NCBI GenBank assembly: GCA_036172245.1
Contig: JAYWIR010000015.1
Coordinates: 1,240,001-1,304,000, forward strand
DNA from: Raillietiella orientalis
Taxonomy: Eukaryota
DNA length: 64,000 bases
Direction: 5' to 3'
A model generated the notes under the pieces. It made no database searches. It worked only from the letters and a program-made list of their open reading frames with translations, and was not told where the DNA came from. Both the position numbers and the translations under genes were made by a program. How positions within the stretch are numbered: the first letter of the stretch is position 1; each line of letters opens with the position of its first letter. This document shows positions 22,850-35,071 of this stretch, in pieces.

Positions 22850-25800
22850 ATGTGGATCGCCCTGGCGTCCGTCACCTGCTTGCTGCACGCCTGCGGCGCA
22901 CACGCCTCCTCCTCCCTTTCCTCCGGAAAACCACGATCTCGTGAGTAGGAAGCATCCGCGCGCGTCTTTGGCGGCGCGTGTCGCGCGGCGGTCGGCGGCG
23001 CGTGTCGCCAGCCATCCCGGTGCTTGCAGTCGGTCCCGCACGGACGTGGCGTTCCCCGCCGCATTCGTACGCACCGGACGACAGCGCCCGCGGAGAAGCG
23101 ACGCGTGCGCACGCCAAGCGCGGCGACGGGAGGCACCGAGCCGGCATGAGCGCTCCGTCCACGAAAAGACGGGCGCGCCCAAGCCGCACCACTCGGCAGC
23201 GGAGCACCCGGCGACGGAACAGCCCGCGGGCGCGCACGTCTCGCTACCCACGCGCTCCCCGGGATGCGCTCGGGAGGAGCAGAGGGAGAGGATAACGCCG
23301 CGCCGCTCCTCCGCTCCTCGTCAATGTGGCGGCTGCTGGGCGCGCCCGCACCCACGACCGACTACCGACCGACCCCCCGCAGGAAACGCCCTCGGCGACC
23401 AGCAGCACCGCCCCGTGCCCGCCCGTTTCGCACGCTGCTTGCCCGCCTTGGCCAGCGAAGGCAGGAAGCGTCCGGAGGACACCCGGAAGGCAGAGGCGCC
23501 GCCGAGATGAGCAAAACGATCAGCAGCTTCCTCCGGAGCAGGCGGCCTCCGCATCACCCCGGCCGAACTCTCCGCGCGACCAGCATGCCCGCGCGCGCGC
23601 GCGCACGCTGCGACGCGTCGACACTTCGTGCTGCTGGCGCCCACCTTCCGCGGAAACGCGCGCGTGGTGCCAGGCGAGCCCTCCCGTCCGCCTACGTCCC
23701 CGTCTCCCGCCGCAGCGCCGGGAGGCGTCATCCCGCGGCGGGACTGTCCCGTGCCGCGCGGACTGCCGCCAACGCTCGGGACCCCCCCCATCGGCGACGA
23801 CGCCTTCCTTCTGCGCCTCCTCGCCCGCGTCCAAACACCCTCCTCCTTCTTCTTCCAGTGTCCTCCCTCGTCGTCGTCCGCTTCCAAAACATCGCCTGCA
23901 TGGACAGGAACGGCATCAACGGCACCTGCGTGTCGCAGTCGCAATGCCTGGCGCAGGGAGGCAGCTCCCGAGACAGCTGCGTGCTAGGAATAGGGGTTTG
24001 CTGCGTAGGTATTCTTACGCCGCAGTCGGCAACCAGCATGCGAGATGTGGCTCTCAGTGACCAGGACATGCGGCGGAATCACCAACTTTAACAACACGTA
24101 CTTCACCAGTCCCACGCCCACCATCCCGTTAGGGCAGTGCCAGATGACGGTGCTGAAAATGAACCAGCAGATCGGCCAGTTCAGGCAAGTAAGCATCCTC
24201 CCTACCCCGTACCCCATCGTGCGGGAACGACGCAGCTCCCGCGCCGGGGAACGAACGAAACGTCGCCCCGCTGCGCGCGCGCTCTGAATGCATTCCCTCC
24301 TCGTTCCGTCGCTGCAGGAGAATATAGAATGGCGGCATCCCTTAGGGGCCGTGGGAATCCGTCGGCGACTGACCAGCGGCACGAACTCGCCCTCCGGGTG
24401 GCCGGGGTATCTTGCTTCGAGGTGGCAGACCCTTGCCGCCGATCGCCGGCAGAGGCACGCTCCACGCACCTCTCGCGTGAGAGAGAGAGGTTCCCGTCCT
24501 CGTTCCCGAGTCCCTCGCCCTTCCTCCAGAAAGCCAGCCGCCTTCTCGAATGCGTGCAGGGGACCGCGAGCGACGCCGGAAAGGCGACGAAAACAGGGAC
24601 GGGCAGCTGGTGGCGGTGGCCAAGCGTCGCTGGTGCGTCTCAAACGGCTCAGCTTCTCGCGCCACGGACCAGGCACGCTTTCCCTCTTTCCCGAACCATG
24701 GCTCTTCGCCCGCTTGGCACGCAGCTCTCTCGCGAGGCCTCGACAATTGAGAGGCGCGCCCTCTTCTGCGAAGGGATTGGCAACCGCAGCCGCACGGTCC
24801 AATGTTCCGCCCGGCGAGTGCCACCGGGCGCAACGCCGTCCGGCGCGCGCGCATCCCAGGCGGAGCCACCACGAGCGTGCCAGGTCCCTCGCGCAACAGC
24901 AGGACCCGGCAGTCACCGACAAGAGGTGCGAGCGGCAAAGGAATCTGCCGAAGATTCCCATCTTCCACATCGGCAGCTGATGTGGCGACCACTTCCACCA
25001 TCCCAACTGGACGGAAAACGGACGGGACGGGTTTGCAACGACTGCTTCCCGTGCCGGCGGTGTGGCTGGGCCACGGCTTCCGTCCCATTGCACCAGGCTT
25101 CCCGATGTCGAATGGTCCGAAGGAACGCGCACGCGTCCGCAGCCGCCTGGGGAAGACGCCGCGTGCCAGCGGTCGAACACGAGTCGTCGTCCCGGCCGAG
25201 GCGCCGGCGGCGACGTCCAACAGCCGTGCGGAAGAAGCGCGGGGTGTTCCCGCGTAAGAGCGCAAGCGCGTCGACCGCGGTGCGGGAACGCGCAATGGCA
25301 GACGGCTTCTCCCGCAGCTTCTACCGAACCGGCGTCCTCCCTATCCGAAGCAGGGAGCTTCCCGCTTACCGACCCGGTCATGCGCCGCCTCCCGGATCCG
25401 TCGCCGAGTTCCTCGGCCCTCGGTCCTCGGCGCTCGCTGCCAGCGTTCCCGGGGCCTCACCGAGCGCGCCGAAGACGCCGGACGACGCAGCCGCTCTCCG
25501 CAAACAGCGCCCGCCTGACCGACGTGGCGACTCCGAGTGCTGAAGCTCCGGAGGGCCGCTCCCCGATTTGCGCACCCTTCGGGGCTACACCGCCCATCGA
25601 GAAACTCTCAGCTGCTGCGACGCTCCCCTTCTTTGCAGGTTGTTCTTCTTCTCGTTCGTGCTGAATCAAAACAACAGGAACGGAATGTGCCTGGTGGACA
25701 CGTTCACGGTGGTGGCTCCGGGGTCATCGAGCAGCATTCCCGTGATTTGCGGGACGAACACCGGACAGCACAGTAAGTGGCGTGCGCAAGCGCGAAGGGA

Positions 25801-28208
25801 GCAGAAGTCTCGAAGGGGCGGCTACGACGGGGGGCGGGCCGGATTCGTTTTCGTCCGGAACGGCATTTTTTCGTTACCCTTTTCCTGGATGTCCAGCCGA
25901 GAGCACCCGCGCGACGTGCCCGGGACACCGACAAGGCTCACCTTTGGCTGCACCTGGGAAACCGTCCGCAGCGAACAGATCGGACGAGCAGCGGGGTAAG
26001 GCCAAGAGACATCCACCCCCGTGCGGAGCACGAATGCAGCGCAGTGCGCGTGGGAGGCAGAGCAGCTGAAACAGGTGCTGAAGACATGGAGAAGCGCAAG
26101 AACAGTGACGACGGGTGGGCGATTTGCAAGGATCCGGAACGATAGCCGGGGACGGAAAGGGGGCGCCGGCGGTTTGCGAGTGTGGGACGTCTTCTGCAGG
26201 AGAGGAAACGTCCGCGCCTGGGAGTCGCCGGTAACCAGGTGACCGAAGTCTGTGAACGATGCCGCTTTCGCTTCGCGCCTCTCCCGTTGCTGACACGTTG
26301 CATTTCAGTGTACGTCGACAGTGGGACCGGCTCCGATAGGATTCTCCCCAGCTTCACAATCGGCATGCCTCCTGCAGCGAACGCAGCCACCCGACAGTGG
26401 AGCATTTTGATCTCTCAGATCCCGGAAGGTGCTCCTTACGCAGGTGAGTGCAAGCGCTCGCGACGGCCTGGCGCCGCTTCTTCACTCCCGCTGCCCTACC
26501 GTATGTCCCCATTCGCTCGCCCGGATTTTCGAAAGCCGCGAGGTGCACTTTTGGGTGTCGCGTGCGACTGCGGCCTTCGTGGGCGCATTCGTCCCGGCAC
26601 GTAGCGACCGGACCTCGACGGTCGGTCAGTGTGCCAGCAAGTCGCAGCTGGACAACCTGAGTTCTTTGGTCGGAAAGAGTTCGGAAGGAGCGTCCGGGAG
26701 GAACTCAACCCTTCCAGAATCGGGACCGTTCTCCTCGTCCACCTGCCCACTTTCGTCACCCGCTGCTTGGAAGGCGAGAAAGCACGCTTGCTAGGGACGT
26801 TGGAAGGTTCTTGGAGGAAGGTGCAGGCAGCGTGCAACTATTAGGCGGTCGCTTCTCGGCCTTTTGGCTAAGATGAAAGTGTAGGGGGAGCAATGCGTCC
26901 CCATCGCCAAGGCGTGCGCGTCGACGAGAGCGCGGATGACCCGGCAGGTGCCTATCCATCCTGCTCGAGTGGCGCGCGCGTCCCATGCCTTACTCCTTAT
27001 CCACTCCGCGCCGCACTCCGTTTCCGAGGTCACGCTTCCCGGGTCGGCAGACCGAGGCCACGGGACGAGCGCGCCTTTCCGCGTTCTCCGGCAGCCGAGT
27101 CCCAAGGACGCGCCCAGCGTTCCGTCCTTCTGCTTGGCAGCGGAGCCGCTTAGTGAGCCCTCTCGGCATCAGCTCCCGGAGGGCGGACGCGGAAGCGGGC
27201 AGGGATGCTCGGGGGAGGGGAAAAACGCGGTGGCGGACTTTCCGAACGGAAGAGGGGAAATGGGCACACGGGAGTTGGGGTCCGTGTGTGCGGAGGGCAG
27301 CGGAATGCAGCGCATAGAGAAAGCGAGTGTGCGGACGGACGAGAAGGGAGGCGCCGACTTCCGGAATAGGCACCCGGGAAGAGGGTGCGGAGGGTTTGCG
27401 AAACGGGATGGGGGGAACGGGTGGGTCGTCTGTAACTCACACCTTGCTGGCCGAGGTGCAGGATCACTGATCCCATACAAGCGGACAGAGCGCGTGCGCG
27501 CGTCCGCCTGCTCGTCACTTCCGTCCGACCTCGATGACCTCGGATCGCGCGCCCGATCTCCTGCAGCGGTCGTTTTCGTTGGGCGGAAGAGCAGCGCGAA
27601 CGAACGCTGCGCGGCCGCGCAAGTCCCTTCCTGGTGGTTCGAGACGCATTGCCTGCTGATGGACGCGTCTCTTGCAGCTCCTGCCAACTGTTTGCAGTAC
27701 TTCATCGGATCCACTGGGAGTTTCCAAACCTTCAACTGGCTGGCCACGGCTCCCATACCAAACAATCCTTCGCTTCTGGTCAACCAAGACTACACGTTTT
27801 GCGTCCGGAGGGAGCTGGGCTTTTGCTCCATTTGTCTGAACCAGTGCATCGCTCCACCGCGCGGCTTCAACCTGGACGTCGCCAACATGAACTCTGCAAA
27901 CAGCGGCGCTGCCAACATGTGCACCATGAATTTCTTGACTATCGCTTGTGGCAACACGCAAGCTATGCTGAACGCAAACTGCATGATGGACAGATTCTGC
28001 GGAGGAACGTTGGCCCCCGGTCGCGGCGTCGCCGCCCCTGCTCCGGTGTGCAGTAAGTAACACCGTGACCACCGCCGTGTTCCGCACGACATTCGGTGCT
28101 TCCGTAGCTAACCAGCTGCCGTTCAGGTTTCCTTTCCGAACGATTGGAAACATCGCTCAAGTAAATGCCGTCGGCTTCTGCATCGACTATACGCAGAATC
28201 CGTGCTAA
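22850..28208 (+). CDS. Secreted Cys-rich tandem CUB-like domain protein, copy B (370 aa). Exons 22850-22940, 23859-24008, 24058-24184, 25639-25772, 26309-26443, 27678-28052, 28108-28208
   Basis: Exon lengths 91+150+127+134+135+375+101 = 1113 nt, all phases compatible, no internal stop. Signal peptide MWIALASVTCLLHACGAHA; same motifs as copy A; ends GFCIDYTQNPC-TAA. Introns 918, 49, 1454 (GC-AG), 536, 1234, 55 nt. Confidence 0.9.
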
Positions 28209-28425
28209 GCCCCAGGTGGCGCACGTGGTTCCAACGTGCGCTGGTAGGTTTCGCCAGCACCTCGTCGCCCGGATAGAAGGAATGCTCTTGACCAACGACC
28301 ACCTGGTTCCGAAAAAGTTGGCCAGTTTCGTCCCCGCCCTCTTCTTGTTTAGCCGATGCTGCCAGGACCTGAAAAGGCGTCTGCTCTGTCGGGGTGTTTG
28401 CGCATCGGCCATGTTTGCTGCGAGG

Positions 28426-28431
28426 AATAAA
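28426..28431 (+). promoter_or_regulatory. Candidate poly(A) signal, CUB-like gene copy B
   Basis: AATAAA ~220 nt downstream of the TAA at 28206-28208. Confidence 0.6.
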
Positions 28432-30781
28432 AAGTCAGCTTCTGATGCTGAGGTTTCGTTTTCAGCTTGGGTGCCGCGTCCCGATTCGCTTTCCCTGGCG
28501 CACGTCCCCTTTTCCGGTGGACGCCCTCGACTTGTTTTTCCGTGTGAGCATGGACGAGGCGTGCTCGTTCGACTCCGGAGTGCCTTTCTGGTTGCTTTTC
28601 CGTACGCCCGCTTCGCGACACGAACCTTTGCCTTTGGGAACGCTTGCGGCGCTCGTCGTGTCAAAATGGCCTGCGAAAGCTGAGTGGTTCTCCTTGAAGT
28701 CGGTGTCATGAGGAGGCGTGCGTGTCGGCGGGTACAAGGTCGTTGCCGTCTTCGCCTGCTTGCATGCCACATCCTCAACCGCAGAAGACGCGAGTTTCCG
28801 TTTTTCGAGAGAATGCAACGCCTGCCGCGTGGAGGCCGTTCGAGAGCAGGTGGAGTTTCTGCGAGTGCCGGTGGTGAAACGCACCGGGTCTCCTCCCATT
28901 TCCCTTTGCTCCTGCGTGCAGGAATGCGTGCGGGTGCGGTCGTTCGGCTCCCCACGTAGCATGCATGATCGCGGGTTCCTCGCACTCTCGTTCTGGCAAG
29001 CGTTTCTGAGTCCCGCCCAGTGGAATGAGTACACGTTCCGCAAAGAGTTGCCGTTTCTGGAATTGCAGTTCTGTTCCGTGTCGATGTCTTCGCCATCGCT
29101 CGCCGTGATTGACATCCGCGGATATCGCCTGGAATCGCGTTTCGGACGGGCCAGCGTCGCCCCGCGTCGCTGGATGATGGGAATGATGCAAGCTGATTCC
29201 AACTGGAAGCTGCATTCGGCCAATGCAACAGCGGGAGTTTCGTGTCGGGCTCGTTGGGCAGGGAGTGCAAATGCCGAAGCAGCCGTAGCTTCATACGGAA
29301 GCCCTGTCGCTAGGCGACCCATGAATCCGCATCCTCCGTTTCATCTGGACAGGGACCCTGATGACGCGGTCGCTATGTTTGCTGGAAGGTTGAAGATGGT
29401 TATGAAGATGAAAATGTCATGCGGTCTCCCATCTGAGGTGCCACGAATGTGGAAATTCCCACGAACGAGTGTGCAAATTTGAAATCGTGTCACAAGTCCG
29501 TGCTCACTTTTAAATGTGGACCTGAAATTGCGAATGGTAACAGCTTTCAACTTCTGCGTGGATATATATGGAAGCGTTGCTAATCTCCATTTGGGTGGTT
29601 ATTCTTTGTATTGGTGATGAATTAAATGGCACGGATACGCGTTCCCCTAATCCGCGCACCTGTTTGTCTTTCGTTTTGTTGCTATTGCAGTGTAGTGAAA
29701 AGGGAACTTTGTTTTTTTATTGGTCTTGGCTCGCATGGTTGCTTGCTTTGTGTTTTTTATGTGCTCGTTTCACGAAGTTGGTGTTAGGAAACACTAGTGT
29801 ACTGAGCAACATGGTTTGTTGTTAAAGTCATTTAGGTGCTTGTATGGTCACCTGTCTGCTTCTGGATGTTATTTACCTTCAAGATTTCCAGGTATCACTC
29901 TTTTTATGAAGTTTTATCAGATGTCTGCCAATTCCGATGTTCGCTAAGGGTGGGGGGTTGAGTTCTTTCGTTGCCTACGAAAGCGTGTCATGCGAAGAAT
30001 GCAAAGTAACTTTTCTTCAACTTTTCCTTGACTGCTAACCTTTGGTTGGAAAACAGTTCAATCATATGTGTGGTTTCACTCGAAGAAATTGATGTTTACA
30101 TGCACTCGGTTCTGGTAGTCTATGTAAACTTTTTGCGATACATTTATTTTTAGTCGAGTGCCCATGTTTTCCCATTATGGTCCTCTTGAAATGAAATCGA
30201 ACTTCGATTCCATAAATTTACCGTTGACGTGAGTCCTTTGTATTTTTCGAGATCTCGCGGGAAGCAACTGCAATATTAGCAGCGGCCCTAAACGTATGTG
30301 TACTTAAAAGCAGGATTTGTAATAAATCGTGGAAGTGAAGATGGGAAGGACTTGTTTCAGCATCAACCAATTAGAGATAAATGAAAAGAATTCCATAGCT
30401 AAATACTGCTGGAGAATATTCCTATGCTGACGCAAAGCGACGTGCGATTTGGATTTTCAAAATTCTATTGTAATGGAAGCTCTCACCGAGTTCCTTCGTT
30501 CCCGCCTTGTTATTTACAGCGAAGAATTTGAATTTTTCCGATGACATTCACAGAATTTTTAATAGATTCACACTCAATGAGTGTTTGGCTTGACATGAGA
30601 CATTTGGGAATGGTCATCAAAGCCGGCACCTATTGAGAAAAAGTTTCTGGTTCTCACTAGGACAGACAATTCATCTGTCTTTATCGTGTTATCACTCTTT
30701 ATGCTGACAATGAACACAATCGCTGAGTGTTTATACTGTGATTCCAGAGATCAGCTACATTAATGGTGGAGAACCCCGAAC

Positions 30782-30820
30782 CCTTTAAAAACTGAAACAG
30801 CTGTTTCAGCTTTTTAAAGG
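30782..30820. repeat. Near-perfect 39-bp palindrome
   Basis: CCTTTAAAAACTGAAACAG|CTGTTTCAG(C)TTTTTAAAGG: self-complementary except one extra C, no spacer. Confidence 0.9.
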
Positions 30821-33074
30821 AAAATAGCATTGCAGTTGCTCCGAAGTCAGCCATGTGGACAAGGAACAGAGTGAAAACTGGTTTGCTGTGTTCCTACTTT
30901 TGAACTTTAAACCGCTCCCGTTGTTCCTTGCCTTTCCGGTGAAAAGCTCGGAAAGTTCTACATCTCTCAATTGAATGTCATAATTACAAGGAAAAACCGC
31001 GCGACGACCCTATTAACAGCCCGTTATAGGCGGCAAATAAGACACCTCTGTCACCAGAAAGTCCCATAATAACTTTTCATATCATTCCGCTGTACTCAAA
31101 CGCTGAACCGAACGGAGAAATGCAACGAAATGTATGCAGAAATCTCCGCGGAAGTGATTGGGGAAAAGCTGTTTATGAATTTCAACTCGAAATGCTGAAA
31201 TCCTTTGAAATTAATCACACAAATAGGGGCTGAAGATAGCCTACGGAGATTCACGGACTTGTCCAAAATGCTGAAGCGGAAGTGAATTAATCACGAGTAC
31301 TTCAAAACGTGCAAAGATTTGCATTTTCAGAAGAAATGGTGAATGTTACTCTTGTAAACACACACAAAAGAACTCTGGAAGCCAAGAGGGCGCGAGAAGG
31401 AGCACAAGAAATTTGAAGGGTAGCCATGTGCTTTAGAAAACAGTCTGATGGGATCCAGAGGTGATTTTAGGCTTCCGCTTCAAAACGAAAGAATTCCATC
31501 TGGAAAATCAAAATTTTTGATGACTACTATGAAGTGCTGAAAGGAAATTCAAGAATTTTGGTAGAGATCATTTGTTTCTTCAAAGAACTCCTATTTTGGT
31601 GAAAATTTCCTCCAATTCGCAATGAGAGAGCACTTCTTCAGACAATGAAAATAGGTCGACTTTTTGTGGTTTCCAATGCATAACTGGGGATCATACGAAA
31701 TCGAAGGCCAAGAAACAGAAATGCATCACTAATCAAGGACACCCAGTTCTTCTATTTGTATATTTGTCATTTCCATGTTCTTGAATGCAGGCTTGCGGAG
31801 GTCAGGAGCCAATTTGAATGTATCGACTACATGGCCATCAAAGGAATCTCCTTTGGGACCAGGAATCCTACATGATCCTTCTCCATGTAGATTCATTCTA
31901 CGAGATGTGTGTGATGCGGGGAGCAGGACCTGCCGATGATCCGGTCCAGAGACTGCCAGAAGCATTGCTGCTTGGCAACATGGATGCTATATGGACCCGA
32001 GACGAAAAACCACTGTGCTGACAGCATCGATATCATTCTAGGCATGGAAAGAAGATTCACGAGCAGAGGTGAGACTATCATGCACTTTGGCTTCAAGCAC
32101 ATCTGAGTGTAAGGCATTCTGTTACTCTTATTTCTCCACATTTTACATGAGGAGTAAGATGTACTTGTTCAACTAAAGTTTCAGTTCATATATTGCAATG
32201 AAATTTGTATTGAGGGTTGCTATTTAAAGGTTTCCTTAACTGAGCACAATTGCTGATCAGTTCTTATCGCAATAGCTTTTCTTCAAATACGTTGGATAAT
32301 GGGGGAGCTTACTTTATTGTTTCTCTTTGCAATTACCAAATATATTGTAGAATGTTAGATATATCACCAAATATATACAGGAAATCATACTTAAAACTCC
32401 AATGACATAAAGCTGACAAGTTATAACAGATGAAACCTGAGCACGGATGTTTCACGTGTTTTCTTCATTATAAAGAAAGTTAAAATACGCCAATCACTAC
32501 GAAGTAGCAAACTTTGTGGTTCTCAACTATACGAGTACTTCATTATGTTATCATTTTTTTCTTTTTTGCAATCAAACATTTAACTTTGGATACCAGTCGG
32601 AATTAGACCCCTCAGTTTATATGTATCACTTTCCGAATATGCAAATTTTGTCACAGCTCTGCATTTCTTACACAGTTTCATTTGCAAAGTCTTGGTCTAA
32701 CATTGATTATGCAACACTTTTCCTTGCTATGCTTCATGTTTGCTGCCCTGGCAATTTGTTCATAGCTATGTTAGTATCCAGACCCAAAGATTCCTATATA
32801 AACACATTGAAGTGGCAGAGAATTGGCAAGGATACCTCACAAAATAAGTTCGCAATTTGTCTCAACCATTTAGTTTATTTTACCAAACATTTACTCTTGC
32901 AGGTTTATTGGTTATCAGATGTGGATTAGATGAGTCAAGCTGCTTATGAGTAACAGCTACATTCTTTCTTTCTAGCCATCATTGATCTTACTGATACTTC
33001 TGTATTCTAATTATGAATTTATACTTCAAAAAAAATGCTGATTGCAGAGCACAATATAAAATCATTTTTTGTTA

Positions 33075-34732
33075 CTAGTTATCTCCTGATGGAATTGCAT
33101 CTTCCAAATATCTAATGAATTTAATTCTCAATTCTGTGAAATTATCTCCTTTCAACTGGTCCTGAACAAAAGTACATTGAACTTCTATTTGTACCTACAT
33201 AAGGGGAGTATATCAAATCACAGTACACAGCACTTAATTTATATTACCATCTCAAGTGCACCACGGACAACACCTGCCAGAATATTACAATATTTCAATC
33301 CTGATATATGAGGAGGAATCTCTACAAAATCAATCAATGGATTATTCTCAAGAAAAATAGAAAATTCATCATCCGCAGGACTCCAATTTCCAATAACTGC
33401 AGAACTTCCTAAGTACATTTTCAAAGCTGTTTGTAACTTTTCAGCTGTATCTCGAAGACTGAGGCATCGTTTTGACCCAGTGCGTGAAAGAAAATCTTCT
33501 ATAATACGTACACCAATGTTATACCCCATACGCTCTAGGACTTTGTTAACATCTTCTAAATTATCATAATCCTTAATTAGTTGTGCTACCAATGATCCAT
33601 ATGTTAAAGTAAACAATTCATTGCTCTGCAAATAAACAATCTAAGTCCAAGGCTGCATTTTTCTTTTTTCTTTATATATTGCAAATAATTTAATATGCAA
33701 ATGCAATACAATTTAAGCGAATGTTCCTTAAAATAATAATGAAGCATAGGCATTCAATGATACATACATAACAATACCACTTAATAATCGATACACAGGC
33801 AGAAAATACTTAATGTGTTTATGTGAAAAGCATTAAGAAAAAAAAAAAAACTAGAAACGAAAAAATTGACATGAATCTGCACAAACAAGGAAAGTGTTCA
33901 ATAGACTGGAATCTTGATTCACTATGTGATCCTTAGTTTTAATTCTTTATTTGCATCATTTGAATTTAAACAGGTCCAACTTTACGGAAGCAACTTCTCA
34001 TCCCATTATGAAAAATTAACTACTAATGCTAATGCAAAATGATCATCCAAAAATTTATTTGAAATTAGTTGTCTATAGAAATATTTCTGGCTTTCTGGTT
34101 TTGTGGCATGAAAACACTGCTCTTTAAGCAAATTCTGGTTTTTAATTCCATTTTTATATTAACCAAAGATTCATATTACTGAGAACAATAAGGGAACCAC
34201 TCTTCAAAATTCTGTGCATAAAAATCTGTTCCGATATAAGTGTTGAACTTTGCAAACTGTGGTTTCAAAATTTTTTTTTTTTTTTTTTGATGCTCTTAAA
34301 TGAAAACTCAAAATCTTTCACGTACCGATTCATGGATTACACATCTAAACTAATATATATACAACAATTAATAACAAATATTTTCTAACAGTAACGAATC
34401 ACGATAGGTTTTCCAAGACGCGTTAGAGATTTAGGAGATATATCAAAGTCTCCAACTAAAAACCATATACGTCCAAATGTGTAAGCACTTGTGTATGATC
34501 CTATATGCCCTTGAATCACTATAAAATTGAAACAACGCACAAAAAACTTGGTAAACTTTATTAAAATCTCTTGAAATTAAAAAAAAATCATGCTAACATA
34601 AAACATCTTAAGAAGCAAAGGACTGCTGTTATATTGAACCAAGAAAGACGCTGTTAAAAATCGATAATTTACAGTAAAGTGATAACTCACTACTCTTTTC
34701 GGATCCTGTACTCGACTACCTTGCCGTGACAT
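33075..34732 (-). CDS. TRAPPC3: Trafficking protein particle complex subunit 3 (Bet3), 179 aa. Exons 34732-34691, 33625-33248, 33194-33075
   Basis: MSRQGSRVQDPKRV|SNELFTLTYGSLVAQL..LERMGYNIGVRIIEDFL..RC..NPLIDFVEIP..YCNILAGVVRGALEM|VQIEVQCTFVQDQLKGDNFTELRIKFIRYLEDAIPSGDN*. Canonical GT-AG introns of 1065 and 53 nt. Confidence 0.97.
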
Positions 34733-35071
34733 CCTTTACTCAATCATCTGTTGCATAATGTCTTTTTTAAAATGCAAGAGAAATCCACAACCTTATAAAG
34801 CACTTTCACTTTAATCCAAAATAAGCACGTCACAGCTCGATGAAATTACCTCCTCTGCACGTCGCACAATACGAGACTATGAGTACGCGCCTGGAACATC
34901 ACCATTGGATCGCTTCCATTTCTTCCACGCATGCATCAGGCTGGTCAGTAGCCCAGAACGATAGGACGCTGCAAAACACACTTATGTAGTAACTATGGTT
35001 TCCATCGAAAAATTCTCACGACTTTGACGACTTCCTTAATGACTGATTCATACAAAAATTGATTCCAAAAA
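34733..35071. promoter_or_regulatory. Putative bidirectional promoter between TRAPPC3 and the unidentified + strand gene
   Basis: Only 339 nt separate the divergent ATGs. The interval is locally richer in CpG than the surrounding AT-rich DNA. Confidence 0.55.

Larger units (their letters stand above)
21952..29495 (+). repeat. Right arm (B) of the 7.5 kb inverted segmental duplication
   Basis: Reverse complement of 7014-14558 with scattered SNPs and a few small indel patches. Confidence 0.98.

Noticed and set aside
31729..32141. Short ORFs in a coding-looking patch downstream of TRAPPC3
   Set aside because: All frames are interrupted; no recognisable product or consistent splice model.
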